Below, in pieces: positions 25,331 to 36,749 of a stretch of 64,000 nt of DNA (its first letter is position 1; each line of letters begins with the position of its first letter). The stretch is from Squalus acanthias. Lineage: Eukaryota. Made by a program: the position numbers and the translations under genes. The notes below the pieces were generated by a model. It saw nothing but the letters and a program-made list of their open reading frames with translations, was not told where the DNA came from and made no database searches. Where the stretch lies: the NCBI GenBank assembly GCA_030390025.1, contig CM059431.1, positions 126,296,001 through 126,360,000 of the forward strand. The letters run 5' to 3'.

Positions 25331-26153
25331 GAGCTGGATTTTGTCAATGGGGACGTGATGGAGGCGGGACTCCCACTTTTTGGGTTGTAGTCCTGCCTCC
25401 ATCGACTTGTGGCCAACCCACTGTATTTTCCCTTGATTGACCTTGTCAAGCCCACCCAGCGGGCTTAGCAGGCCAATCAAGGGTCCCTTGGATACAGGTG
25501 ACGTCAGCCATTGAAATTTCATCTGTCAAGAGCTTTTGACAGATGAAATTTCAGCGTTTGACAGCTCTGTGAAGCTGTCAAACACTGACAATATGATTTC
25601 TAACTTGAGTCCCTGTACTTAGACTCAGTTAGAAATCAATCCAGCACAGAAAGCAAAGACTGCAGCTTTTGACAGCTCCGCGGCCATTCTGCTTTCTGTG
25701 CCGTGAATGTGAGGGACTTCCGACACCTAAGCCTGCAGGACAAAGTTAAGGTAAGTACAAGTTCTTAAAACACTTTACACACACCAAACACACTTACCTC
25801 TGCACTCATGCACCCATCACTCACCTGCACACCGGACATCTCGACCCCTCCAAGCCCTCCAGACCGATGGTCCGCCTCGCTAAATCGGCGTGGTTCGGAC
25901 CTGTCGGGAAGCCCACACTTCAGGGCTAAAAATGGGGATTAGGCAAAAAACTGCCTGTTAACTACCTGTTAATAGGCAGTTTATTGGTACTAATCCCCTT
26001 CCCGCCTCGGGGAGGCGGGTCCCAGCGCAGGTCGTGCGAAACTGGCATGGAGGCTGGTTGGGGGGCGGGATGGGTTCGGGACCCCCGAATCTGCTAATTT
26101 CACACCACTCCTGCCTCCAAACCCGCCTCCACGGGCTGTTGAAAATTGAGCCC
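25331..26153 (-). mobile_element. Harbinger-type MITE, family D copy 1
   Basis: Ends GAGCTGGATTTT / AAAATTGAGCCC; interior homologous (reverse) to 30657-31466; two TGACAG hairpins. Confidence 0.8.
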
Positions 26154-26338
26154 ATAGATTTTTGCCACCCTCCAACATGCCCCTTTCATTGTTGCCATCC
26201 CTTTGAATGTAACCTATTAAAGTTTTTCTTTCACACCACTAATCTTTTTAGATTCCTCCAAAGTTACACCTGAAATTACACTAGGATAACTGGGTGTAAA
26301 TAGTCCACTTGCATATCAGTCTGTCTAAAAAAAACAGT

Positions 26339-26560
26339 ACGATAGCAAAATACTGCGGATGCTGGAAATCCGAAATAACAACAGAAAACGCTGGAAAAAC
26401 TCAGCAGGCCAGGCAGCATCCGTGGAGAAAGAAACAGAGTTAAAGTTTCAGGTCGAAGACCTTTCATCGAAAGGTCTTCGACCTGAAATGTTAACTCTGT
26501 TTCTCTCTCCACGGATGCTGCCTGGCCTGCTGAGTTTTTCCAGCGTTTTCTGTTGTTATT
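26339..26560. mobile_element. Short palindromic insertion, probably from a Penelope-like retroelement
   Basis: 92-bp inverted arms (26374-26465 / 26469-26560); TSD (T)AAAAAAAACAGT on both sides; truncated hammerhead-like core GATGA-A-AGGTC-TTC-GACCT-GAAAC at the centre. Confidence 0.8.
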
Positions 26561-26659
26561 AAAAAAAACAGTCGTCAGTTTGGAGGTAATAAGACCAAAA
26601 GAGGAACATCTCTTTCACCATTATTATTCCTAGAATGCTTTTGGAGTCCGTATTGTAAA

Positions 26660-26925
26660 CACTTAGGAAGGATTGTACAGTCACCCTGGATTTATAAAGA
26701 GCTGGTCGTGTTTAGCTAATTTAATAACATTTTTATGAGTAAATCATAAAGTATATAGATGGGGGGAAAGTGGGGGTTGTTGCACTTTCAGAAAGCATTT
26801 GATAAGGTATCACTTAGGAGACTTGCTACATAAATTAAGGCTGTTGTATTAAAAGAAGTGTAATCACATGAATAGAGAGATAGGTTGGGACAGAAAGCAA
26901 AGAGGAAGATCATAATGGACAGCAA
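26660..26925 (+). mobile_element. Very decayed CR1 RT fragment
   Basis: Remnants of GF-K-SC--NL, FQKAFDKV-H-RLL-KIKA and RKQR. Confidence 0.6.
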
Positions 26926-28999
26926 TCCTGAAAGGGACCTACAATATAATCGTGAAGCGGGTTAGCCGGCATCAAGTGGTAGTGCCAGACACTTTCATTT
27001 CTGACACACACTTGGCCAAATCCAACTGGCAGTAGTAAAACCGCCTGTCAAAAAATTCACCTATGGTCTACAGAAAATCCTTCACATGAAGAATGAAGAA
27101 GACTATATCTGAAGATAAGTGCCTGGAAATTCTGCAGGGTTAACTCCAGCAGGAGACCAGTAGAACCCCCAAGGAAGTGATGTAAATGGCTCTGAATGGC
27201 TGTTTATCCGGCTTCCCTTGGGGTTCTACTGGGAGACCAGCAGAACCCCTGTGGAATTACAGGAATAAGCAATCTACATTTATTGTACTTTCAAAATCTC
27301 CACAGACCAGGGGTAATTTTCCCAAAGTAGTACTTCTCAAAATAGACTTGACTGCTTACAGTCCAATACAGTGATAAGTATAGCTCTCTCAAATTATATG
27401 TCTGCTCTGCCAAATAAGTCTAAGTAGCAATGTTTGTTAAAATGTGAAGATGACAGCAAGTGACTGACTTTTATACATTATCCACAGCTGCATGTTTGAT
27501 TTCAGCTCATGGCAGATGCTAATCTGGTGGAGTGACTATTCCCAAAAGGTCTGCACCAGTCACAATACAAATTCACAACATAATGAAATAGCCGATGGTC
27601 TCCTCTTTGCTCTGTGATAGATTTACTCTAGAATGTAGTACCACACAAGATGAATGACTGATATTTTTTCATTTCAACTGTGCCCCCATGCTGCCTGAGG
27701 GTGCATGATTGTGTACATTATCAGACTATTAGTTTATAAGAAGCAGGTTGATATTACATCTAGATACCAAAATTGTTCTCCTCCTACGCCTTCCTTGAAA
27801 GAATAATGAAATTCATAAAATATGGTTGCATGTATCCTGACTAAACTAAATTTCAGGCCTGTCTTTGTTGTTGTTTGATGCGAGACCTGGTGATTGCCAC
27901 GTAACTTGACACTTCTTGTTGAAGCTGCCACTTGGTAAGAAAACTTGTCCACTTGGTATTGTAAGTATTCTGACAATCTCTGAAAAGCTGTAAGTTTATG
28001 TAAATGACATGCTGCTGCATAGTTTGTGTGCTTATCACTGTCCCTTATCAGACAAGGAATCAGTTCCATGTTAGTTGGAGTGGAAACCCGAAGTTTTACT
28101 CCTTTCTGTGAATGACCTTGTTCGGAAACAGAAAACAAACTTTCAACCCTGTGCCTTGTGTTCTGGAACGATTAATATTTTATTCTTCTGCTTAAAAATG
28201 ACTCCTAAATGCTGAGCCAAAATGAATACCCCAAAGCTGCATTGTAGATGTACAAGCACAATGTACGATGACATGTCTTACATCAATGTCATTGCATATG
28301 TGGAAAAATACTCGAGTTTCAGAGAAAGTAGAAGCCCTGCAGACAGCTGGGCAGTATGACCCAGCTTGTCGGTGTGAGGTGGCGTTGTTTAATGTACCTA
28401 ATGTGTGTTGGTTTTCTTAATATAGCAAGGGAAACATTAACACCTCAAGGACTCAGCTGCTTATTCATAATCACATAGCTAAGCCATACACCAGTATGGT
28501 GCACACTTTGACCAGTTCTACAGGGGATGGAGCTGAAGAGGCTGAGCCAAGGTAATTATGGAATTATGTTTGTGGGGTCTGGAGGACGAGTGCCCCTCCG
28601 GGCCCCACAAAAACAATCTGGGCCACTGGGACACCCTCCTTCCGCGATCATGACCGCTCCACTCACTTAGTTTGCTGGCCGCTAGGGCTGCCCGATATTG
28701 GTAGGCCTCAATTTGGTGAGCTGCATCGGGACACACGTTCAATATCACGCAACTCATTAAGCCTATGTAAATGAGGCCAGTACCTCAAAATGGTGGCCGT
28801 CTTTTCACTGCGGTCACGGGAGACCGGCAGCCGCACTCCACCAGATGGTTAACCAAAGTCAAAATCGACTCGAATGTCTGCCCATTGGGTGAGGACTTGG
28901 CTGTGTTAGTCCATCTGGTCAAACAGCCCATCGATATTCAGACCTGCACATGAAGAATGGTTGAGGTTCCAGAGGACAAGTGGCACCCTTAGAACTGGT

Positions 29000-31490
29000 A
29001 TCGGTGTCTACTAAGGAGGTGGATGCTGACAAAATATCGGTAGAAGTCGAAGAGGTAGAAGCAATGGAAGGGGTGAAAATTGATAGACAGGATGTATGCT
29101 TAGAGTGGACAAGTCGCCTGGTCCAGATGGCTTGCATCCCAGATTGCTAAGGGAATTGGGGGAGGAGATAGCGGAAGGGCTTGCCATAATTTTCCAATCT
29201 TCCCTAGATGCAGGGGAGGTGCCTGAGGATTGGAAAGTGGCATATGTGACACCATTGTTCAAGAAAGGGTGTAAGGACAATCCTAGTAACTACAGGCCGG
29301 TCAGTTTAACATCAGTGCTGGGTAAAGTTTTAGAAACACTAATTAAGGAAAAAATTAACGGGCACTTGGAGAGGTTTAAGCTAATTAAGGAGAGCCAACA
29401 CGGATTTGTAAAAGGCAGATCATGTTTGACTAATCTAATTGAATTTTTTGATGAAGTAACAGAGAGAATTGATGAAGGGAATGCAATGGACGTTGTCTAC
29501 ATGGAGTTTTGGAAGGCATTTGACAAAGTACCACATAGAAGGCTGGTTAACAAAATTGAGGATCATAGAATAGGTGGGTCAGTGGCAGCTTGGATAAGGA
29601 ATTAACTTAAGGATAGAAAACAGTGAGTTGTGGTAAATGGCTGTTTTTCAGACTGGAGGATCGTAGACAGTGGTGTTCCCCAAGGGTCAGTGCTGGGGCC
29701 ACTGCTTTTTTTGATATATATAAATGCCCTGGATATTGGAATACAGAGTAGAATTTCTAAATTTGCCGATGACACCAAACAGTGAGGATGATACCAATCG
29801 ACTGCAACAGGACATAGAAAGACAAGCAGAATGGGCAGACAAGTGGCAGATGGAATTTAATACAGAGAAGTGTGAGGTGATGCATTTTGGCAGAAGGAAC
29901 AGGAGAGGCAATATACACTTAATGGCACAGTTTTAAAGAGTGTGCAGGGACAGAGGGACCTGGGAGTTAATGTGCATAGGTCCCTGAAGGTGGCAGGACA
30001 TATTGAGAGAGTGGTTAGCAAAGCATATGGGATCTTGGGCATCATAAATAGAGGTATTGAGTACAAAAGTAGAGAGGTTATGCTGAACCTTTATAAAGCG
30101 CTGGTTAGGCCACAACTGGAGTATTGCGTCCAGTTCTGGTCACCACACTTTAGGAAGGATGTGAAGGTCCTTGAGAGGGTGCAGAGGAGATTTACCAGAA
30201 TGGTTCCGTGGATGCGGGATATTAGCTACAAGGACAGGTTGGAGAAGCTGGATTTGTTTTCATTAGAGCAAAGGAGGTTGAGGGGTGATGGGATAGAGGT
30301 ATACAAGATTGTGACGGGTTTGGGTAGGCTAGACGGGGAAAGGCTGTTCCCACGAGTTGATGGTACAAGGACTAGGGGACACAGATTTAAGGTTTTGGGC
30401 AAGAGATACAGGGGGGATGTGAGGAAAAACATTTTTACGCAGCGAGTGGTGAGGACCTGGAATTTGCTGCCGACGGAAGTGGTGGACACGGAGACACTCA
30501 ATGTTTTCAAGGGGAGACTGGATAGACACTTGAGGGAAATAAACTTGCAGGGTGACGGGGATAGAGCAGGGGAGTGGGACTGAATGGATTGCTCCACAGA
30601 GAGCCGGCGCGGACTCGATCAGCTGAAAGGCCTCCTTCTGTGCCGTATGACTGTATGGGGGGAATTTTGCCAGCCCTGGGGAGGCAGGACTGCCGGGAAA
30701 ATGGCAGAAATTAGGAGCGGGTACCGAACCCGGCCCCAACCCACCTCCGTGCCATCTTCCCAGGAGGCGGGTCCCCGACTCGCGTTGGGACCCGTCTCCT
30801 CGAGCGGGAATGGGATTACAGGTAGTTAACAGGCAGTTAAGAGGCTTCTCCCCATTTTACCAACACAAGTGCGGGCTTCCCAACGTCGGGAAACCCCGTC
30901 AGGGTCAGCGAGGCAAGCAGAAGGGTCTACGGGGGTCAGAGGGTTCGAAAAGTGCGCTGTGAGGTGAGTAATGGGTGTAACTGTGGAGAGGTAAGTATGG
31001 GAGGTGAGTGAAAAGTGTTAGAAAAAGTTTCCTTACCTTTGTTTCTTCCTGCAGGCTTCAAACGTTGGGGATCTGAAGGCTCCTCATCTCCACGGCAGAG
31101 ATGACAGAATGGCTGCTGCATTCTCTGAAGCAGCAGCCATCTGATTTCTGCTCAGGCAAAAGGTTTTGTGAGTCTTGAGTACAAGGACTCACAAAAGAAC
31201 AGAGATTGTCAGTGTTTGACAGCTTCTCAAAGCTGTCAAATGATGACAATTCATCTGTCAAAAATTTTTGACAGATGAAATGCCATACACTGACATTCTC
31301 TGTCACCGGCTTTCCCTTAATTGGCCTGCTGAGCCCGCAGGGCGGGCTTAACAAGGTCGATCAAGGGAAAATAGCGTGGGTTGGCCGGATGTCATTGGGG
31401 ACGGGACTGAAACCCGACAAGCTGCAGTCCCGCCCCCAACGCGCCCCCATTGATAAAATTCCCCCCTATGACTCTATGACTATGACGATG
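29000..31490 (+). mobile_element. 5'-truncated CR1 LINE whose (ACTCTATG)n tail is interrupted by a MITE
   Basis: ORF2 pieces DKSPGPDG, NYRPVSLTS, QHGF..SCLTNL, RPQLEYCVQFWSP, FTQRVV; tail resumes at 31467. Confidence 0.92.
30657..31466 (+). mobile_element. Harbinger-type MITE, family D copy 2
   Basis: Perfect 12-bp TIR GGGGGGAATTTT / AAAATTCCCCCC; exact TAT TSD. Confidence 0.9.
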
Positions 31491-31771
31491 AGTGAATACT
31501 TTGACAAGCAGAGGATAGAAAAGTTGTGGATAAAAGAGGAAAATGTTTATATGCATATTATTAAAAATGGTATGATCTGACACCGTTTTATTTAAAAGTC
31601 CTACGTCACCCGTCGCTATGGATTTTGTCATGCTATTCCTGTCCATACCAGATGATGCCTGCTCAGTCACGTTTTTAATAGGAATTTCCCATTAATGTGA
31701 CAGCCTGTGACACTGCATTTCCCTGCTCTGGTCACTGGGTGGCTCTGCAAGCAGTCTTTGCAGTACAGATA

Positions 31772-31865
31772 AAACAAAAAATAAAATACTGCAGATGCTG
31801 GAAATCTGAAACAAAAACAGAAAATGCTGGAAACACTTAACAAGTTAGGCAACACCTGTGAAGAC
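31772..31865. repeat. Single-arm fragment of the Penelope-like repeat seen at 26339
   Basis: AAAATACTGCAGATGCTGGAAATCTGAAACAAAAACAGAAAATGCTGGAAA. Confidence 0.7.
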
Positions 31866-32401
31866 AAGTTTTTGTTTTCTTTGTTTGGTTCCTGCCTGAA
31901 GGACTTCCCATGCCCACAGAGAGAATTTGGGACCTAACAGAGTTGTTTACCCCTTCCCCCCACTGAGAGAGAATTTCCAGTATTGCTGAGGGGCAAGGCA
32001 GTCTCATCCCCAGCTACCCAATAAGAAAGAATCTGAGGTGTGTTTGAGGGGTAACGTACACCATCCCACCCACCTGCAATCTGGGGCTGGCTGTAGGGCA
32101 AGGCAGTTTACCATCCCCACATCACTAACTTCAATGGGAATGAAAATCGGTTGGACTATAAAAAAGGGCTGCTGATACATTATCACCCACCTTGCACTAT
32201 CACCTAACCATTACTGATACTAGCTTTTTATTCTAGATTTATTTAATTAACTGAATGTAAATTGCCCAGCTGCTGTGGTGGGATTTGAACCAGCACCAGT
32301 AACATAGATACATAGATACATAGAAGATAGGAGCAGGAGTAGGCCATCCGGCCCTTCGAGCCTGCTCCGCCATTTAATGAGATCATGGCTGATCCTCCAA
32401 T

Positions 32402-35269
32402 TCAGTATCCCGTCCCTGCCTTCTCTCCGTAACCCTTAACCCCTTTTGCCTGTAGAAATACATCTAATTCCCTCTTAAATATATTTAATGAGCTGGCGTA
32501 CACTGCCCTCTGTGGCAATGAGTTCCACAGGTTCACCACCCTCTGAGTGAAGAAATTCCCCCTCATTTCTGTCCTAAATGGTTTAGCCCTTATCCTTAAA
32601 TTATGTCCTCTAGTTCTGTTCTCACCCGCCAAGGGAAACATTCCTTCTGCATCTAGTCTGTCTAGACCTGTCAGAATTTTATACACTTCTATGAGGTCCC
32701 CTCTCAATCTTCTAAACTCCAGTGTGTACATCCCTAAACTACATAGTCTCTCCTCATAGGTCAATCCCGCCATTCCTGGTATCAGCCTGGTGAATCGCCG
32801 CTGCACCCCCTCCATGGCAAGAACATCTTTCCTCAGATGAGGCGACCAAAACTGTACACAGTACTCGAGGTGTGGTCTCACCAGTGCCCTGTACAGCTGC
32901 AGCAAGGTATCCCTGTTCCTGTATTCCAACCCTTTTGCTATGAAGGCCAGCATACCGTTTGCCTTCTTGATCGCCTGTTGCACCTGCATGCTCGCCTTCA
33001 GTGACTGGTGTACAAGAACACCCAGGTCTCTCTGTACTTCCCCCTCTCCCAATTTATTGCCATTTAAATAATAATTTGCCCTCCCGTTCCTGCACCCAAG
33101 GTGGATAACTTCGCACTTGTCCACATTATAGTGCATCTGCCATTTATCCGCCCAATCACCCAGTCTGTCCAAATCGCTCTGGAGCTTCCTGGTCTCCTCC
33201 TCTGAGCCCACCCCCCCTCCTAGTTTAGTGACGTCTGCAAATTTGGAAATGCTGCATCCGACTCCCTGATCCAGGTCATTAATGTAAATTGTGAACAGCT
33301 GGGGACCCAGGACAGATCCCTGTGGTACCCCACTTGTTACTGCCTGCCATTCAGAAAATGAGCCGTTTATTCCAACTCTCTGTTTTCTATCTGACAGCCA
33401 GTTCTCTATCCACGTCAATACTTTCCCCTTTATCCCATGAGCTTCAATTTTCCCTGCTAATCTTTTATGTGGGACCTTATCGAAGGCCTTTTGGAAGTCC
33501 AGGTACACCACATCTACTGGCTCTCCCCCATCTATTTTACCAGTTACTCCCTCAAAAAATTCCAATAGATTAGTCAAGCACGATTTACCCTTTGTAAATC
33601 CATGTTGACTCTGTCCTATCCTGTCCCCATTTGCTAAGTGCTCCGCTATTTCATCCTTAATGATGGACTCCAGCATTTTGCCCACAACTGATGTAAGGCT
33701 TACAGGTCTGTAATTACCTGCTTTTTGCCTACCCCCCTTTTTGAATAGTGGGGTAACGTTAGCTACCCTCCAATCCATGGGCACTGTTCCCGAGTCTAAT
33801 GAATTCTGAAAAATCATACTTAGTGCATCCGCTATCTCTAGGGCCACCTCCTTCAGCACCCTAGGATGCATGTTATCAGGCCCTGGGGATTTGTCCGCCT
33901 TCAATCCCTTTAGCTTCCTTAACACCATATCCTTAGAGATATTGACTTGCGTCAGTTCCTCCTTTGCAAATGTCCCTATTTTTCCCGATATCCCAGGGAG
34001 GTTTTTTGTGTCTTCCTTCGTAAAGACTGACCCAAAGTATGCATTTAGTTGGTCTGCCATTTCCTTATTTCCCGTTATATATTCCCCCGTATCTGACTGC
34101 AATGGGCCAACTTTGGTTTTCACCAGTCTTTTCCTCTTGATATACTTATAAAAGCTTTTGGAGTTAGTTTTTATATTTTCCGCCAGCTTGCTTTCGTAAG
34201 CTATTTTGCCCCTCTTGATTAAGCCCTTTGTCCTCCTTTGCTCTATCTTAAACTGTTCCCAATCTTCCGCTCTGGCGCTTTTTTTGGCTATTTTATACGC
34301 CCTATCTTTGGATTTTATGCTGTCTCTAATTTCCCCTGTTATCCACGGTTGAGTCACCTTTTTAGATTTCCTTTTATGCCAGATTGGTATAAACAATTTT
34401 TGCAATTTTGTCATTCTATCTTTAAATGCTTGCCATTGTTTATCTACCTCCAGTCCTCCCAGGAACGTTGTCCAATCAGACCTACTCAGTTCCCGTCTAA
34501 TGGCATCATAATTCCCCTTGTTTAAATTCAGGACCTTAGTATCTGAGTCAATTTCTTCGCTCTCCATTTCGAGTGAGAAATCGATCATGTTATGATCGCT
34601 CTGACCCAAGGGTCCCCGTACAACAAGATTACTAATTAGTCCCTTCTCATTGCACAGTACCCAGTCCAATATAGCCTGTTCCCGAGTTGGTTCCTCGACA
34701 TATTGATCCAGATAACCATCCCTTAAACACTCAAGGAATTCCTCCTCCTCATTATTTTTACTGATTAGGCTATTCCAATCTATATGTAAGTTAAAGTCAC
34801 CTATGATGACAGCTGTGCTCTTATTGCACGCTTCTCTAATTTCCCTCGTGATGCCCTCCCCAACCTCTATTTTACTATTTGGAGGCCTATATACCACTCC
34901 TATTAATGTTTTTCGCCCCTCGCTATTTCTTAGCTCCACCCATATAGATTCTGTATTAACTGAGTTAATATCCTTCCTTTCAATTGCATTTATCCCTTCT
35001 TTTACCAGCAATGCTACCCCTCCTCCCTTTCTTTTTTGTCGATCCTTCCTAAATACTGAATACCCCTGTATGTTAAGCTCCCAGCCCTGCTCACCCTGCA
35101 ACCATGTTTCCGTAATCCCAATTAGATCATAATTATTAACCTCTATTTCCACAGCTAATTCATCTACCTTGTTCCTGATGCTTCTCGCATTAAGGTATAA
35201 AACCCTCAGGCTTTTTTTATGCTCACATTTTTTATGAATTAGTTTGGCCCTTTGTTTTTTGTTCCTCAC
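32402..35269 (-). CDS. CR1 ORF2: APE endonuclease plus reverse transcriptase (catalytic D-to-V substitution)
   Basis: 955-aa open frame: YLNARS, GITETW, GVVYRPP, GDFN, SDHN (APE); [30 protein letters not shown] (RT); CR1 C-terminal domain. Confidence 0.96.
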   Translation of the reverse strand: MRNKKQRAKLIHKKCEHKKSLRVLYLNARSIRNKVDELAVEIEVNNYDLIGITETWLQGEQGWELNIQGYSVFRKDRQKRKGGGVALLVKEGINAIERKDINSVNTESIWVELRNSEGRKTLIGVVYRPPNSKIEVGEGITREIREACNKSTAVIIGDFNLHIDWNSLISKNNEEEEFLECLRDGYLDQYVEEPTREQAILDWVLCNEKGLISNLVVRGPLGQSDHNMIDFSLEMESEEIDSDTKVLNLNKGNYDAIRRELSRSDWTTFLGGLEVDKQWQAFKDRMTKLQKLFIPIWHKRKSKKVTQPWITGEIRDSIKSKDRAYKIAKKSARAEDWEQFKIEQRRTKGLIKRGKIAYESKLAENIKTNSKSFYKYIKRKRLVKTKVGPLQSDTGEYITGNKEMADQLNAYFGSVFTKEDTKNLPGISGKIGTFAKEELTQVNISKDMVLRKLKGLKADKSPGPDNMHPRVLKEVALEIADALSMIFQNSLDSGTVPMDWRVANVTPLFKKGGRQKAGNYRPVSLTSVVGKMLESIIKDEIAEHLANGDRIGQSQHGFTKGKSCLTNLLEFFEGVTGKIDGGEPVDVVYLDFQKAFDKVPHKRLAGKIEAHGIKGKVLTWIENWLSDRKQRVGINGSFSEWQAVTSGVPQGSVLGPQLFTIYINDLDQGVGCSISKFADVTKLGGGVGSEEETRKLQSDLDRLGDWADKWQMHYNVDKCEVIHLGCRNGRANYYLNGNKLGEGEVQRDLGVLVHQSLKASMQVQQAIKKANGMLAFIAKGLEYRNRDTLLQLYRALVRPHLEYCVQFWSPHLRKDVLAMEGVQRRFTRLIPGMAGLTYEERLCSLGMYTLEFRRLRGDLIEVYKILTGLDRLDAEGMFPLAGENRTRGHNLRIRAKPFRTEMRGNFFTQRVVNLWNSLPQRAVYASSLNIFKRELDVFLQAKGVKGYGEKAGTGY

Positions 35270-35343
35270 TCTTTTACCATTTATTTCTGTCTGCCTTTCA
35301 CTTTCCTCTATTTCACGACATAGGTTTCTAGCCCCCTGCCATA

Positions 35344-36291
35344 CTAGTTTAAATGCTCCCGAACTGCTTTATCAAAAATTACCCCGAGAACATCAGTTCC
35401 ATCTTTGCACAGGTGTAGACCGTCCCTTTTGTATAGGTCACACCTACCACAAAACTGGTTCCAATGCCTCAAAAATTTAAAACCCTCCCTCTTACACCAC
35501 TGCTCAAGCCACGTATTTAGCCTAACTATCCTGTTCTCTGTACTCTTACTAGCACGTGGCACTGGTGGTAATCCAGAGATTACTACCTTCGAGGTCCTAC
35601 TTTTTAGCTTGGCTCCTAACTCCCTAAATTCTACTTGTAGGACCTCTTCCCTTTTTTTAGCTACGTCGTTGGTACCAACATGTATCACGACAACTGGCTG
35701 TTCCCCCTCCCCCTCCAGAATGTTCTGCACCCGCGCCGAGACATCCTTGACCCTTGCACCAGGGAGGCAACATACCATCCTGGAGTCTCGGTCGCGACCA
35801 CAGAAACCCCTATCTATTCCCCTTACAATCGAATCCCCTATTACTATAGCCCTGCCACTCTTTTTCCCTCCCTTCTTTGCAACAGAGCCAGTCATGGTGC
35901 CATGAGCCTGGCTGCTGGTGCCTTCCCCCGATGAGTCATCCCCCCCGACAACAGCACCTAAGGCGGTGAACCTGTTGCTAAGGGAGACAACCCCAGGGGA
36001 TTTCTGCACTACCTTCCTGCCCTTGCTCTGCCTTTTGGTCACCCATGTACTATCTACGCTGGCCTTAACCTGCGGTGTGACCAACTCACTAAATGTGTTA
36101 TCCACAACCCTCTCAGAATCGTGGATGCTCCAAAGTGAGTCCATCCGCAGCTCAAGGGCCGTCATGCGGTCCCACATGAGCTGCAGCTGGACACACTTCC
36201 CGCACACATGGTTGTCAGGGACACAGGAAGCGTCCCTGATTTCCCACATGTTACAGGAGGAGCATGACACAGGTCCGAGCTCTACTGCCAT
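35344..36291 (-). CDS. CR1 ORF1: Zn-finger/leucine zipper plus SGNH esterase domain
   Basis: 315 aa; CSSC..CGKC followed by a heptad repeat; GDS, HVGTND and DGLH blocks of the SGNH hydrolase fold. Confidence 0.93.
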   Translation of the reverse strand: MAVELGPVSCSSCNMWEIRDASCVPDNHVCGKCVQLQLMWDRMTALELRMDSLWSIHDSERVVDNTFSELVTPQVKASVDSTWVTKRQSKGRKVVQKSPGVVSLSNRFTALGAVVGGDDSSGEGTSSQAHGTMTGSVAKKGGKKSGRAIVIGDSIVRGIDRGFCGRDRDSRMVCCLPGARVKDVSARVQNILEGEGEQPVVVIHVGTNDVAKKREEVLQVEFRELGAKLKSRTSKVVISGLPPVPRASKSTENRIVRLNTWLEQWCKREGFKFLRHWNQFCGRCDLYKRDGLHLCKDGTDVLGVIFDKAVREHLN

Positions 36292-36749
36292 GACTTAACC
36301 CTTATATTACTTTTTAATTTTCTAGTTTTAGTTTATTTATTGACTTTTGTTTTCCCGAAGCTTACTTAGACCAATGTATACTGTACTCCTCTTATTCCTT
36401 TTTAAACTAACCAAATCCCACTAGTTTTAGTTTTACTTTCTAGGAAGGTTTGAGGAAAGTACTTACCAGTTAGTCTTACCTCCCTGGTCTTTCGCTGACT
36501 TCCCGGTCTTGTGTCCCCTTGGTCCTACGCCGACTTCCCGCTCCTCCCGGTTCCTGCCCTGCTGAAAAGAAACTGAGACCAAAAAATTTGTGACCTCTGT
36601 TTTTAGACTGCTAAAAGACTAGTAGGTTAGAGGAGGAGGGCGGGTGGGGGTTCCTACTCTGTAGGAACTCGGGTTTAAGCCACCACCCTCCTTAAATGCT
36701 GTTCACCTGGGAGCTTCCCACCTGGTCCGCTTCCGGTCTCGTCTCTCCG

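Noticed and set aside
35344..36291. Host SGNH/GDSL esterase gene
   Set aside because: It is the standard CR1 ORF1, directly upstream of ORF2.
35405..36298. Antisense ORFs over CR1 ORF1 (166 aa, 126 aa)
   Set aside because: Shadow frames with no recognisable domain.
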